From contig OY969934.1 in assembly GCA_963704725.1 (NCBI GenBank), positions 2,272,001-2,336,000 on the forward strand: a stretch of 64,000 bases of DNA. The letters are read 5' to 3'. The notes beneath the pieces are model-generated. The model saw only the letters and a list, made by a program, of their open reading frames with translations, made no database searches and had not been told where the DNA came from. The DNA is from an uncultured Actinomycetes bacterium (GTDB taxonomy: Bacteria; Actinomycetota; UBA4738; HRBIN12). The translations under genes were made by a program, and so were the position numbers. How positions within the stretch are numbered: the first letter of the stretch is position 1; each line of letters begins with the position of its first letter. Shown piece after piece: positions 1 to 8,585 of this stretch.

Positions 1-320
1 TCGTCCCGGTAGCCGTCCTTGAACGTCGGACGCATGGGGCGGTCGGTCAGACGCGCCGTCAGGATCGCCGTCTCCGAGGGGCGTCCCTCGCGGCGGAAGA
101 AGCCGCCCGGGATCTTGCCGGCGGCGTACATCCGCTCCTCGACGTCGATCGTGAGCGGGAAGAAGTCGATGCCCTCACGGGGCTTCGAGGTGGTACAGGT
201 GGCGAGGATCTGGGTCTCGCCGTAGGTGATGACGCACGAGCCGCCGGCTTGCATCGCGAGCTTGCCGGACTCGAACGTCAGGGTCTGGTTCCCGATCTGA
301 CGGGAAAGGGTGGTGGCCAT
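1..320 (-). CDS. pnp: Polyribonucleotide nucleotidyltransferase (PNPase), 5' part; runs off the window edge
   Basis: Manual translation from ATG at 320: [28 protein letters not shown]...[30 protein letters not shown]...RLTDRPMRP (RNase PH domain 1 motifs). SD AAGGAGG upstream; lies downstream of rpsO. Not in the ORF track. Confidence 0.97.
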   Translation of the reverse strand, partial: MATTLSRQIGNQTLTFESGKLAMQAGGSCVITYGETQILATCTTSKPREGIDFFPLTIDVEERMYAAGKIPGGFFRREGRPSETAILTARLTDRPMRPTFKDGYRD

Positions 321-388
321 CGGCCGGTCCTCCTTACGAGGGTTCCGGGCGGCGCGTTGCGCCGCCGCTTCGGATGGAGGTGGGAGAA

Positions 389-451
389 CGGCCGGTTGTC
401 AGTGGTGAGCCGCCGCCGTGGAGTCGGAGGTTCGCCACTGAGAACCGACCG
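389..451 (-). promoter_or_regulatory. Long hairpin in the pnp 5' leader (Actino-pnp-like element, putative RNase III site)
   Basis: Minus strand CGGTCGGTTCTCAGTGGCGAACC...GGCTCACCACTGACAACCGGCCG forms an imperfect stem of about 23 positions between rpsO and pnp. Confidence 0.65.
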
Positions 452-543
452 GAGACCGTCCCGCCTCCGGGGATACAGTCAGTAGGTCGCTCGCATCACT
501 CCTCCGAGGAGCGGGAGGAGGCCCCGCCGGGCCATCGTCCCGT

Positions 544-813
544 CTATCGCCTGAGCCCCAGCTTCGCCACGATGTCCCGGTACCGCGCGATGTTCTCGCG
601 CCGCAGGTACTCGAGGAGTCGCCGACGGCGTCCCACCAGCATCAGGAGGCCACGCCGCGACGCGTGGTCCTTCTTGTGGAGCTTCAGATGCTCGGTGAGG
701 TCCGAGATCCGCTTGCTGAGCACGGCGATCTGCACCTCGGCCGAACCGGTGTCGGTGTCGGAGCGGCGGTGCTCGGTGATGATCTCGGATTTCTGCGTCT
801 TCGTGAGCGACAT
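544..813 (-). CDS. rpsO: 30S ribosomal protein S15
   Basis: [10 protein letters not shown]...[25 protein letters not shown]; position upstream of pnp. Confidence 0.99.
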   Translation of the reverse strand: MSLTKTQKSEIITEHRRSDTDTGSAEVQIAVLSKRISDLTEHLKLHKKDHASRRGLLMLVGRRRRLLEYLRRENIARYRDIVAKLGLRR

Positions 814-838
814 GACCAGCCTTTGAAGCTACCAGAAA

Positions 839-2572
839 CTACTCCGGCGCCTCCACCAGCGAGATCTCCAGGCTCCAGCCGCCGTCGATCGAGCCGAAGT
901 CCCCCCCGGTGTCGTCGAACACGAACAGGCTCCACGTGCCGTTCGGATCGGTCCCGTCGAAGACCGACAGCGCGGGGTCCGGCGCGGTCTCGGGCGCGGG
1001 CGGCCCGCCCTCGAAGCCGCAGCAGTTCCCGCCCCCCAGCGCCGTGCCCGAGCTCGGGCGGGCCGACCGCGAGCCCAGCCGGGCCCGGTCCCCCAGGGCG
1101 GCGGGCGCCGAGTCGTCGAACGTGATCGTGACGGCGGAGGCCGGCTGCCGCCCGCCCACGTCCGCCATGAGGAGCACGCTCTGTCCCAGCGGGCCGACCA
1201 GCAGCATGTCCAGGTCGTCGGGGAAGGGGTGGGACAGGCCGGCGATCGTGACGTTCACGTCCGCGATCGTCCCGGCCAGCCCCGAGACCTCGAGCGACGC
1301 GGGGTACGGGGTTGCCTCTCCGAAGTCCGGGATCGAGATCGGCGCGGAGTCGGCGACGACCGCGGGGCTCGGCGAGGGCGCCGTCGTCCCCGTCGGGCCC
1401 GTGGTGCCCGTCGTTGCCGGTCCGCTCGCGGAGGGCGACGGCGGGGGCTCGGCGCCGTCGTCGCCCGTCAACGCGAGCCCCACCACGACGATGACCGCGG
1501 CGATGGCCACCCCGGCCGCGGCGAACAGGGCGATGAGGCGAGCGCCGCTCGACCGGCCCCCGGGCGGCGGCCCGGACCGCGGCGGGCTCGGGCCCTCGGG
1601 GGGCGAGACGGCCGGGCCCGCAGCGACCTGCGCGAGCGGCGGCGACGCCGGCGGGGTCACCGCGGGCGCCGGCATCGCGATCGCCGGTGCCGCCGGGACC
1701 ACCGGAGCCTCCCGCCGCCCCGAGGGCGTTCCCAGGGCTCGCGCCGCCTCGTCGATGAGCGCGGCGCATGAGCGCGGGCGGACCTCGCGGTCCTTGGCCA
1801 TGCCACGCGCGATCACCTCGTCGATCCCCCCGGGGAGATCGGGCATCGACTCCGTGACCCGAGGCGGCGGGTCCTGGATATGGCCGAAGAGCGTGGCGAC
1901 GTCGGAGTCCTTGGCGTAGGGAACGCGGGCCGTGAGGCACTCGTAGAGCACGCACGCCAGCGAGTACTCGTCGGCGCGGCCGTCGAGCTCCAGACCCTGG
2001 ATCTGCTCGGGCGCGACGTAGTCGACGGTGCCCATGAACTGCCCGGTCCGCGTGAGGCCGCTGCGCGACGAGGTGTGCTTGGTCAGGCCGAAGTCGGAGA
2101 GATAGACGTGCTCCTCCCCTTCCCCCTCGCCGGCTGCGATGAGGATGTTGGCGGGCTTCACGTCCCGGTGGACGAGGCCGCGACGATGCGCGGTGTCGAG
2201 CGCGGCGGCGACGGGCCGGAGCAGCGCGATCGTCCGGCCGGGCGCCAGCGGCCCGTCGTGGACGATCAGGGAGCGCAGATCGGTGCCGCTCACGTAGCGC
2301 ATGGCGATGAACAGCTGCCCGTCGGTCTCACCGGCCTCGTAGACCGGCACGATGTTGGGGTGCTCCAGCCCCGCCGCGAGCTGGGACTCCCGAACGAAGC
2401 GGCTGCGGAAGGCCTCGTCGGCGGCGAGCTCGGGCGCCAGGACCTTGATCGCGACGCGTCGTCCGAGCCGCGTGTCCTCGGCCAGGTAGACGACGCTCAT
2501 GCCGCCCCGCCCCAGGAGGGACTCGAGACGGTAGGGCCCGAACGAGGACCCGGGGCCGAGGTCGGCGGTCAC
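839..2572 (-). CDS. Transmembrane Hanks-type Ser/Thr kinase with C-terminal proprotein-convertase P-domain-like extracellular module
   Basis: GRGGMSVVY, VAIK, HRDVKPANIL, DFGL, GTVDYVAPEQ; Pro-rich linker; TM LIALFAAAGVAIAAVIVVVGLAL; C-terminal SHPFPDDLDMLLVGP...PNGTWSLFVFD...GGWSL. Confidence 0.9.
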   Translation of the reverse strand: MTADLGPGSSFGPYRLESLLGRGGMSVVYLAEDTRLGRRVAIKVLAPELAADEAFRSRFVRESQLAAGLEHPNIVPVYEAGETDGQLFIAMRYVSGTDLRSLIVHDGPLAPGRTIALLRPVAAALDTAHRRGLVHRDVKPANILIAAGEGEGEEHVYLSDFGLTKHTSSRSGLTRTGQFMGTVDYVAPEQIQGLELDGRADEYSLACVLYECLTARVPYAKDSDVATLFGHIQDPPPRVTESMPDLPGGIDEVIARGMAKDREVRPRSCAALIDEAARALGTPSGRREAPVVPAAPAIAMPAPAVTPPASPPLAQVAAGPAVSPPEGPSPPRSGPPPGGRSSGARLIALFAAAGVAIAAVIVVVGLALTGDDGAEPPPSPSASGPATTGTTGPTGTTAPSPSPAVVADSAPISIPDFGEATPYPASLEVSGLAGTIADVNVTIAGLSHPFPDDLDMLLVGPLGQSVLLMADVGGRQPASAVTITFDDSAPAALGDRARLGSRSARPSSGTALGGGNCCGFEGGPPAPETAPDPALSVFDGTDPNGTWSLFVFDDTGGDFGSIDGGWSLEISLVEAPE

Positions 2573-2621
2573 GGCACGCTTTGTAGCAGACGCCGCCCGG
2601 CGACGTGCCCCCGGGCCGTCG

Positions 2622-3707
2622 TCATCGAAGGACCGGATGGCCCGGCGACGTGATGAACGCGGGCAGCAGCCGGCCCCGGATCCGTCCGTCGGCCGAGACG
2701 GAGACCTCCGCGACGGCGGTGGTCGATCCCTGGACCGAGAAGTTCGGCCAGACGAAGTTGCCCAGGCCGAAGAAGATAGGCCGGCCCCGGTAGGTGCCCA
2801 TCGGCTGGAGCCGGTGGGCGTGATGGCCGAAGATGGCGTCGGCCCCCGCGTCGATCATCCGGCGGGCCTCCTCCACCTGGTACTCGCGCGGCGACGTGTC
2901 GAGCTCCACCCCCCAGTGGATCACCACGAGGACGAGGTCCGCGTTCGCGTCCGCCTCCCGGATCGCGCGAAGCGCGCGCGGGAAGTCGTGACCCACGGCG
3001 GTTCCGGGCCGGTTTCCCACCGCCACCTCGTAGTCGGGATCGAGCACCTCGTCGACGCCCACGACGGCGATCCGCCACCCCTTCACGTCGACGTAGGCCG
3101 GCGCGTCGGCCTCCCGCTGGTTCGCGCCCGCTCCGACCGGCACGATGCCGGCCCTGCGGAGATTGCGGATCGAGTCCAGCAGGCCGTCGGCTCCCTGGTC
3201 GAACCCGTGGTTGTTCGCGAGGTTGGCCACGTCGACGCCGGACCGCCGCGCCGCCGGGAGCGCCGCCGGGTCGCACCGGAAGCTGAACTCCTTGGGGATC
3301 GGGGCCACGATGTCCGTGGACGGGCACTCGTGGTTGATGATCGTGAGGTCGTCCCGCTCGAACAGCCCGTTCAGCCCGCTCCACGCCCAGCCGTAGCCGT
3401 TGGTGCGGAACGCGGGGATGTAGTCGGGATCCAGGCTGACGTCACCGGTGGCGTGGATGACGAGCGGGAGCCGCTCCGGGGTCGGCGACGGGGTGGGGCT
3501 CGTCCCGCCCCCCGTCGGGCCCGTGGGAGCGGGGCGAGCGGCCCCCGCCGTCGGAGCGCCCACGGGGGTGGTGCCCGGGGACGGCGCCGACGCGTCCGAG
3601 CCGGGATCCCGGGCCATCGCCCAGCCGGCGGCGCCGAGTCCCACGAGCAGAAGGACGATGAGGACGACGACCGGGATGCGGGATGGCCGGGCGTGGCGAC
3701 CCATCAT
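2622..3707 (-). CDS. CapA/PGA_cap-family membrane-anchored metallophosphoesterase
   Basis: True start taken at MMGRHAR (ATGA overlap with the ribF stop); N-terminal TM; GDV, NHE, NLANNH, HWG, GHHAH and GLGNF motifs. Confidence 0.88.
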   Translation of the reverse strand: MMGRHARPSRIPVVVLIVLLLVGLGAAGWAMARDPGSDASAPSPGTTPVGAPTAGAARPAPTGPTGGGTSPTPSPTPERLPLVIHATGDVSLDPDYIPAFRTNGYGWAWSGLNGLFERDDLTIINHECPSTDIVAPIPKEFSFRCDPAALPAARRSGVDVANLANNHGFDQGADGLLDSIRNLRRAGIVPVGAGANQREADAPAYVDVKGWRIAVVGVDEVLDPDYEVAVGNRPGTAVGHDFPRALRAIREADANADLVLVVIHWGVELDTSPREYQVEEARRMIDAGADAIFGHHAHRLQPMGTYRGRPIFFGLGNFVWPNFSVQGSTTAVAEVSVSADGRIRGRLLPAFITSPGHPVLR

Positions 3708-4648
3708 GCGGGCCGATCTTCGCCCGGGTCCACCAGCTCCCTCGTGCGCTTCACGTCCTCGTCCATCGCGGCCACGAGCTCGTCGATGGCGGCGAACCGG
3801 ACCTCCGGCCGCAGGTAGGCCCAGAACTCGACGGCCATGTCCCGGCCGACGAGATCGCCCTCGAAGTCCAGCAGGAATGACTCCACGTGCAGGGGTTCGG
3901 TGCCGAACGTGGGATTCGTCCCGACGTCGATCGCCGCCACGTACGAGCCCCCGTCCACGACGGCCCGGCCCGCGTAGATCCCCTGTCCGGGCAGCAGGAG
4001 CCGGGGCCACGTCCGCAGGTTGGCGGTGGGGTACCCCAGGCCCTGCCCACGCCCGGCCCCGCTGACGACGCCGCCGTCCAGGACGAACCGGCGCCCGAGG
4101 GCGCGCCGCGGCCACGCCAGGTCTCCCGCCGTCAGGGCGTCGCGGACCGAGGACGACGAGACCGTGCGCCCGTCGAGCTCGAGCAGCTCCACGCGCTCGG
4201 CCGAGAATCCGAACCGCTCGCCCTCGGCGATCAGCAGGTCCACGTTCCCCTGGGCGCGGTGACCGAACGTGAAGTTGGCCCCCATCACGCAGTGCTCGGC
4301 GCGCAGGCCGTCGCGAAGGACGTCCGACATGAACCGCTCGGCCGGCCACCTCGAGAACGCCTCGGTGAACTCGAGGACGAGCAACACGTCGATCCCGGCC
4401 TCCTCGATCAGGGCGGCCTTGCGCGCGACGGTCGTGAGCAGGCGGGGCTCCCGGCCCGGGGTGAGGATCTCGCGCGGGTGGCGGTCGAAGGTCACCGCGA
4501 CGGACGGGACCCCCCGGGCGCGGGCCGCGGCGACCGTCGTGGCGAGCACGGCCCGGTGTCCGAGATGCACCCCGTCGAAGAAACCGACCGTGACGACGGT
4601 CCGGTCGTGCCCGAGTGGGAGGTCCGCGAGGCCCTCGGCGCGCTCCAT
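3704..4648 (-). CDS. ribF: Bifunctional riboflavin kinase / FAD synthetase
   Basis: GFFDGVHLGH, TFDRHP, SSSSVR, GQGLGYPTAN, GTNPTF, VESF. Confidence 0.97.
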   Translation of the reverse strand: MERAEGLADLPLGHDRTVVTVGFFDGVHLGHRAVLATTVAAARARGVPSVAVTFDRHPREILTPGREPRLLTTVARKAALIEEAGIDVLLVLEFTEAFSRWPAERFMSDVLRDGLRAEHCVMGANFTFGHRAQGNVDLLIAEGERFGFSAERVELLELDGRTVSSSSVRDALTAGDLAWPRRALGRRFVLDGGVVSGAGRGQGLGYPTANLRTWPRLLLPGQGIYAGRAVVDGGSYVAAIDVGTNPTFGTEPLHVESFLLDFEGDLVGRDMAVEFWAYLRPEVRFAAIDELVAAMDEDVKRTRELVDPGEDRPA

Positions 4649-4719
4649 GGGCGGGAAGCCTAACGAACCCGCTCCGAAGACCCACGAGGTCCCGGCGCGG
4701 TGGGCTAGTGTCGCCCCCG

Positions 4720-5643
4720 GTGCGCTCGCTGGCCGCGTCCTTCCTCGCCGGGCTCCTCGTCCTCGCCTCGGCGTGCTCGAGCGGCGCTCCCCCGGTCGGC
4801 CCGGCCCAGATCCTGCGCGACGACGCCGTCACGATCGCCTCGTTCAACTTCGGCGAGAGCGTCCTGCTCGCGGAGTTGTACGCGCAGGCGATCGAGGCCC
4901 GGGGCATCCGGGTCGACCGCGAGCTCGACCTCGGCCCCCGCGAGCTCGTCCTGCCGTCCCTGGACAAGGGTCTCGTCGAGCTGGTGCCGGAGTACGCGGG
5001 AAGCCTCCTCGACTTCCTGGCCGGCGGCGGCGCGTCGGCGAGCCTCACCGACACGCGCTCCCAGCTCGTCGCGGCGCTCGAACGCCGAGGTCTCACCCCG
5101 CTCGCCTCGTCGTCCGCTCAGGACCAGAACGGGTTCGCGGTGACGCACAGCTTCGCGAGCGAGCGGGGCATCGAGGCGATCTCCGACCTGGCGTCCGTCG
5201 AGGGGCTCGTGCTCGGCGGTCCGCCCGAGTGCCCGCAACGGTCGCTCTGCGAGCCCGGCCTGGAGGGCGCGTACGGCATCGACTTCGCCTCGTTCGTGCC
5301 GCTCGACCAGAGCGGGACCCTCACGACCGACGCGCTCGTGCGGGGCGTCGTCGACGTCGCGCTGATCTTCACGACCAGCTCGGAGATCGTCCGGAACCGG
5401 TTCGTGCTCCTGCGGGACGACCGCCACCTCCAGCCGGCCGAAAACGTCACGCCCGTGATCCGCGAGGACACGCTGGAGCGTTTCGGGCCCGGGCTCGTCG
5501 CGGCGATCGATGCGGTCTCGAACAAGCTCACGACCGACGAGCTCCGCGACCTGAACGCCCAGGTCGAGATCCGCGGTCGCGCGCCGGCCGACGTGGCGCA
5601 CGACTGGCTCTCCGACAACGGCCTGCTGAACGCTGGGGGATAG
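4720..5643 (+). CDS. OsmF/ProX-like (OpuAC-family) solute-binding lipoprotein
   Basis: Start refined to GTG 4720 (-10 TAGTGT 8 nt upstream); lipobox LASAC; ESVLLAELYAQA, PEYAG, GGPPEC, LRDDRHLQPAENVTPVIR. Confidence 0.85.
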   Translation: MRSLAASFLAGLLVLASACSSGAPPVGPAQILRDDAVTIASFNFGESVLLAELYAQAIEARGIRVDRELDLGPRELVLPSLDKGLVELVPEYAGSLLDFLAGGGASASLTDTRSQLVAALERRGLTPLASSSAQDQNGFAVTHSFASERGIEAISDLASVEGLVLGGPPECPQRSLCEPGLEGAYGIDFASFVPLDQSGTLTTDALVRGVVDVALIFTTSSEIVRNRFVLLRDDRHLQPAENVTPVIREDTLERFGPGLVAAIDAVSNKLTTDELRDLNAQVEIRGRAPADVAHDWLSDNGLLNAGG

Positions 5644-5649
5644 AGTCCG

Positions 5650-7323
5650 GTGGTGCAGACGACTGGACAGCATTCGATCGGGCAGCGGAGTCTCCCGCGT
5701 CTGCGGCGGCGGCCCTCCGGCGAGGCCCCGCCCCTGCCCCACACGATCGGCAGGTCCGGCCGTCTGCTCCTGTCGCTCGTCGGCGTCGGCGCGGTCATCC
5801 TGCTCATCGCCGCACTCATGGGCCCGAGCGCCGCCGCGACCGACCGCTTCGAGACCTCCTTCCTTCGTTGGGTGGCGCGGTGGCGGTCCGATCCCCTCAC
5901 GGACCTGGCGCAGCTCGTCGACGGGATGGCCAGCCGGTGGCCCCTGCGTGTCCTTCGGTGGGGCACGATCCTCACCCTCATCATCGTGAAGCGGTGGCGG
6001 CACCTCCTCGTGTTCGTCGGCGCGCTGCTCGTGGTCGAGCTCATCACGTACGACCTGTCGCTGCTGTTCACGCGGTCCCGCCCGTTCGGCGTGGCGATCC
6101 TGACCGATTGGAACGGCTACTCCTTTCCCTCCCGGCCGATCGCCTCGCTGGCGGTGACCCTGTTCGGGATGACCTACGCGCTCGTCCCGGCGGGCCGTCC
6201 CCGGTTCCTGGCAGCGTGGACGTCGGGCGGTCTCGTCGCGGCCGTCTGGATGGCCCGGACGTACCTCGCCGTCGACCACCTCCCGGACCTGCTCGCCGGG
6301 GTGCTGATCGGCATGACCGTGCCGATCGTGGCGTTCCGATGGGTGACGCCGAACGACGTCTTCCCCGTCGCCTACCGCCGGGGCAAGACGGCCCATCTCG
6401 ACGTCACGGGTCGGCGAGGAGAGGCCATCGTGCACGCGGCGCAGGACCAGGTCGGCGTGAAGATCGTCGAGGTGAAGCCCGTGGGTCTGGAGGGATCGGG
6501 GGGGTCGACCCCACTGCGACTCACGCTGGAGGGCGAGGAGGGAGACCTGCGGCGGTACGCATTCGCCAAGCTCTACGCGAAGAACCACGTCCGCGCGGAC
6601 CGATGGTACAAGCTCGGCCGGCAGATCCTGTACGGGGCGCTCGAGGACGAGACGCCGTTCCAGACGGTGCGCCGGTTCGTCGAGTACGAGGACTACACCC
6701 TGCGGCTGATGGCCGATCACGGGCTCCCCACCCCCCGCTCCTTCGGCGTCGTCGAGATCACGCCTGAGCGTGAGTACATGATCGTGATGGAGTTCTTCCA
6801 GGGCGCGGTCGAGCTCGGCGACGCCGAGGTGACCGAGGACCTGATCGACCAGGGGATGGACCTGATCCGCCGGCTGTGGGAGTCCGGGCTCGCGCACCGG
6901 GACATCAAGCCCGCCAACCTGATGGTGCAGGACGGGGAGCTCCGCCTGATCGATGTCTTCTTCGTGCAGGTGCGCCCCTCGCCGTGGCGGCAGGCGGTCG
7001 ACCTGGCGAACATGATGCTGGTCCTGGCCCTTGGGTCGGACGCGCAGACCGTGTACCGCATCGCCCTGCGGCACTTCACGCCGGACGAGATCGCCGAGGC
7101 GTTCGCCGCGACCCGCGGTGTGGCCAGCCCGACCCAGGTCCGCGCGATGATGAAGCGCGACGGGCGCGACCTGGTCGCCGAGTTCCGCGCCCTCGCGCCG
7201 CACCGCGAACCGGTTCGGATCCAGCGGTGGAGCCTGCGGCGCCTCGCCCTCACGCTGTGGGTCTTCGCCGTCGCGTTCATCGCGTTCCTGATGGTCGCGA
7301 GCAACTGGGCGGTGTTCGCATGA
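5650..7323 (+). CDS. Membrane protein: degenerate PAP2-like 6-TM domain fused to a protein-kinase-like domain, plus a C-terminal TM
   Basis: PAP2 remnants RSRP, YSFPSRP, ARTYLAVDHLPD; kinase motifs GLEGSGGS, FAKLY, VEYED, MEFF, HRDIKPANL, IDVF; final TM LALTLWVFAVAFIAFLMV. Start could be GTG 5653. Confidence 0.85.
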   Translation: MVQTTGQHSIGQRSLPRLRRRPSGEAPPLPHTIGRSGRLLLSLVGVGAVILLIAALMGPSAAATDRFETSFLRWVARWRSDPLTDLAQLVDGMASRWPLRVLRWGTILTLIIVKRWRHLLVFVGALLVVELITYDLSLLFTRSRPFGVAILTDWNGYSFPSRPIASLAVTLFGMTYALVPAGRPRFLAAWTSGGLVAAVWMARTYLAVDHLPDLLAGVLIGMTVPIVAFRWVTPNDVFPVAYRRGKTAHLDVTGRRGEAIVHAAQDQVGVKIVEVKPVGLEGSGGSTPLRLTLEGEEGDLRRYAFAKLYAKNHVRADRWYKLGRQILYGALEDETPFQTVRRFVEYEDYTLRLMADHGLPTPRSFGVVEITPEREYMIVMEFFQGAVELGDAEVTEDLIDQGMDLIRRLWESGLAHRDIKPANLMVQDGELRLIDVFFVQVRPSPWRQAVDLANMMLVLALGSDAQTVYRIALRHFTPDEIAEAFAATRGVASPTQVRAMMKRDGRDLVAEFRALAPHREPVRIQRWSLRRLALTLWVFAVAFIAFLMVASNWAVFA

Positions 7324-7883
7324 GGCGATGGCTCGCCGGGATCGCGCTGGCCGCCTCGGCGCTCCCCGCCTGCGTCCAGGCCAGCGACATCCGCCCCGAC
7401 TGCACGGCGGACGACCAGGTGTTCATCCTGGCGGCCCAGGCCGTCCCATCGGCCACGCTCCTGCCGTGCGTCGACACGCTGCTCACCGGATGGCGGTACG
7501 ACGGCCTGCAGACCGTCGACGGGGCGTTCCGGTTCTGGCTGGACTCCGACCGCGCGGGCCTGCGGGCGGTGAAGGTGGAGCTCACGGCGTCGTGCGACGT
7601 CACCGGCACGTTCGAGGACACGCCGTCTCCGGACGAGGCCGGGACGAGGCGTTTCGAGGACCCGATCTCCCTTTCGCCGACGTTCGCCGCCGACCGCCGC
7701 TACACGTTCCCGGGAGGATGCGTGACGGTGGAGTACCGGTTCGGACGCAACGACTCGACGCTGGTCCTGCAGGCCGACCAGGCGATCGGGTTCCGGCCCC
7801 GGCAGCCCATCGTCGACCGTCTCGAGGGTCTCGGGCTCGTCCTGTGCGGAGCCGGCGCGCCCGACTGCCCGGGAGGCGACTGA
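7320..7883 (+). CDS. Cys-rich hypothetical lipoprotein
   Basis: ATG 7320 overlaps the kinase TGA (ATGA); MRRWLAGIALAASALPAC lipobox; six further Cys residues. Confidence 0.8.
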   Translation: MRRWLAGIALAASALPACVQASDIRPDCTADDQVFILAAQAVPSATLLPCVDTLLTGWRYDGLQTVDGAFRFWLDSDRAGLRAVKVELTASCDVTGTFEDTPSPDEAGTRRFEDPISLSPTFAADRRYTFPGGCVTVEYRFGRNDSTLVLQADQAIGFRPRQPIVDRLEGLGLVLCGAGAPDCPGGD

Positions 7884-7886
7884 CTC

Positions 7887-8585
7887 GTGCTCACCAACCA
7901 CCGCAGGGCCCTGCTCTACGCCGCCGCCCTCCTGGCCGCGATGGCGATCGTGTTCGCCGGTGTCGGCCGGCACCCCCAGGGGACGGCGCCGGCGACGACG
8001 ATCCCGTTCATCGGACGGTGGGACCTCGCCGTGTACCACGGCGTCGACGACGTCCAGGGCGGCGTCCTCACGTTCGTCGCCAAGGCTCTGAACTTCGTAG
8101 GAGGCGGCGTCGTCACGATCCCGCTGCGGATCGCCGTCGCCGGGTGGCTGCTGCTCCGGACCCGGTGGCGGGCGTTGGCGTCGTGGGTCGGCACCTGGGC
8201 CGGCGCCGAGATCGCGCTGGCCTGGGCCAAGGCCTACTTCCACCGGGGACGGCCGCCGGGCTCGCTCGTCGACACCGTCGGGTTCTCGTTCCCCTCCGGG
8301 CACGCGGTGGCCGGAGCCGCCACGGCCGTGGCGCTCGTCCTGGTCCTGCTGCCCGCCGGCCCCGCCCGGCGCCGGTGGGAGTGGGCCGCACTCGCGTTCG
8401 CGTTCGTCATGGCCTCGTCCAGGGTGTACCTGCGGGCGCACTGGTCCTCCGACGTCGTGGCCGGAGTGCTGCTGGGTGCCGGGATCGCGCTGGGGGTCAC
8501 CGCGCTCGCCACCGAGGTTCGGGACCGGGTGCTCCATCGCGGTGCTCACCTGGACCCGGCCGGCGCCACCGCCGCGCCGACCTAG
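7887..8585 (+). CDS. PAP2-family membrane lipid phosphatase (catalytic motifs intact)
   Basis: C1 KAYFHRGRP, C2 SFPSGH, C3 SRVYLRAHWSSD; multiple TMs. Confidence 0.92.
   Translation: MLTNHRRALLYAAALLAAMAIVFAGVGRHPQGTAPATTIPFIGRWDLAVYHGVDDVQGGVLTFVAKALNFVGGGVVTIPLRIAVAGWLLLRTRWRALASWVGTWAGAEIALAWAKAYFHRGRPPGSLVDTVGFSFPSGHAVAGAATAVALVLVLLPAGPARRRWEWAALAFAFVMASSRVYLRAHWSSDVVAGVLLGAGIALGVTALATEVRDRVLHRGAHLDPAGATAAPT

Noticed and set aside
396-406. TTGTCAGTGGT resembling the RecA-NDp upstream element
   Set aside because: No TAnnnT at the required spacing, wrong orientation for pnp, and it is one arm of the pnp leader hairpin.
7300-7340. Kinase/lipoprotein split as a frameshifted pseudogene
   Set aside because: The downstream ORF has its own ATG in an ATGA overlap and a complete lipoprotein signal peptide, consistent with a genuine separate gene.
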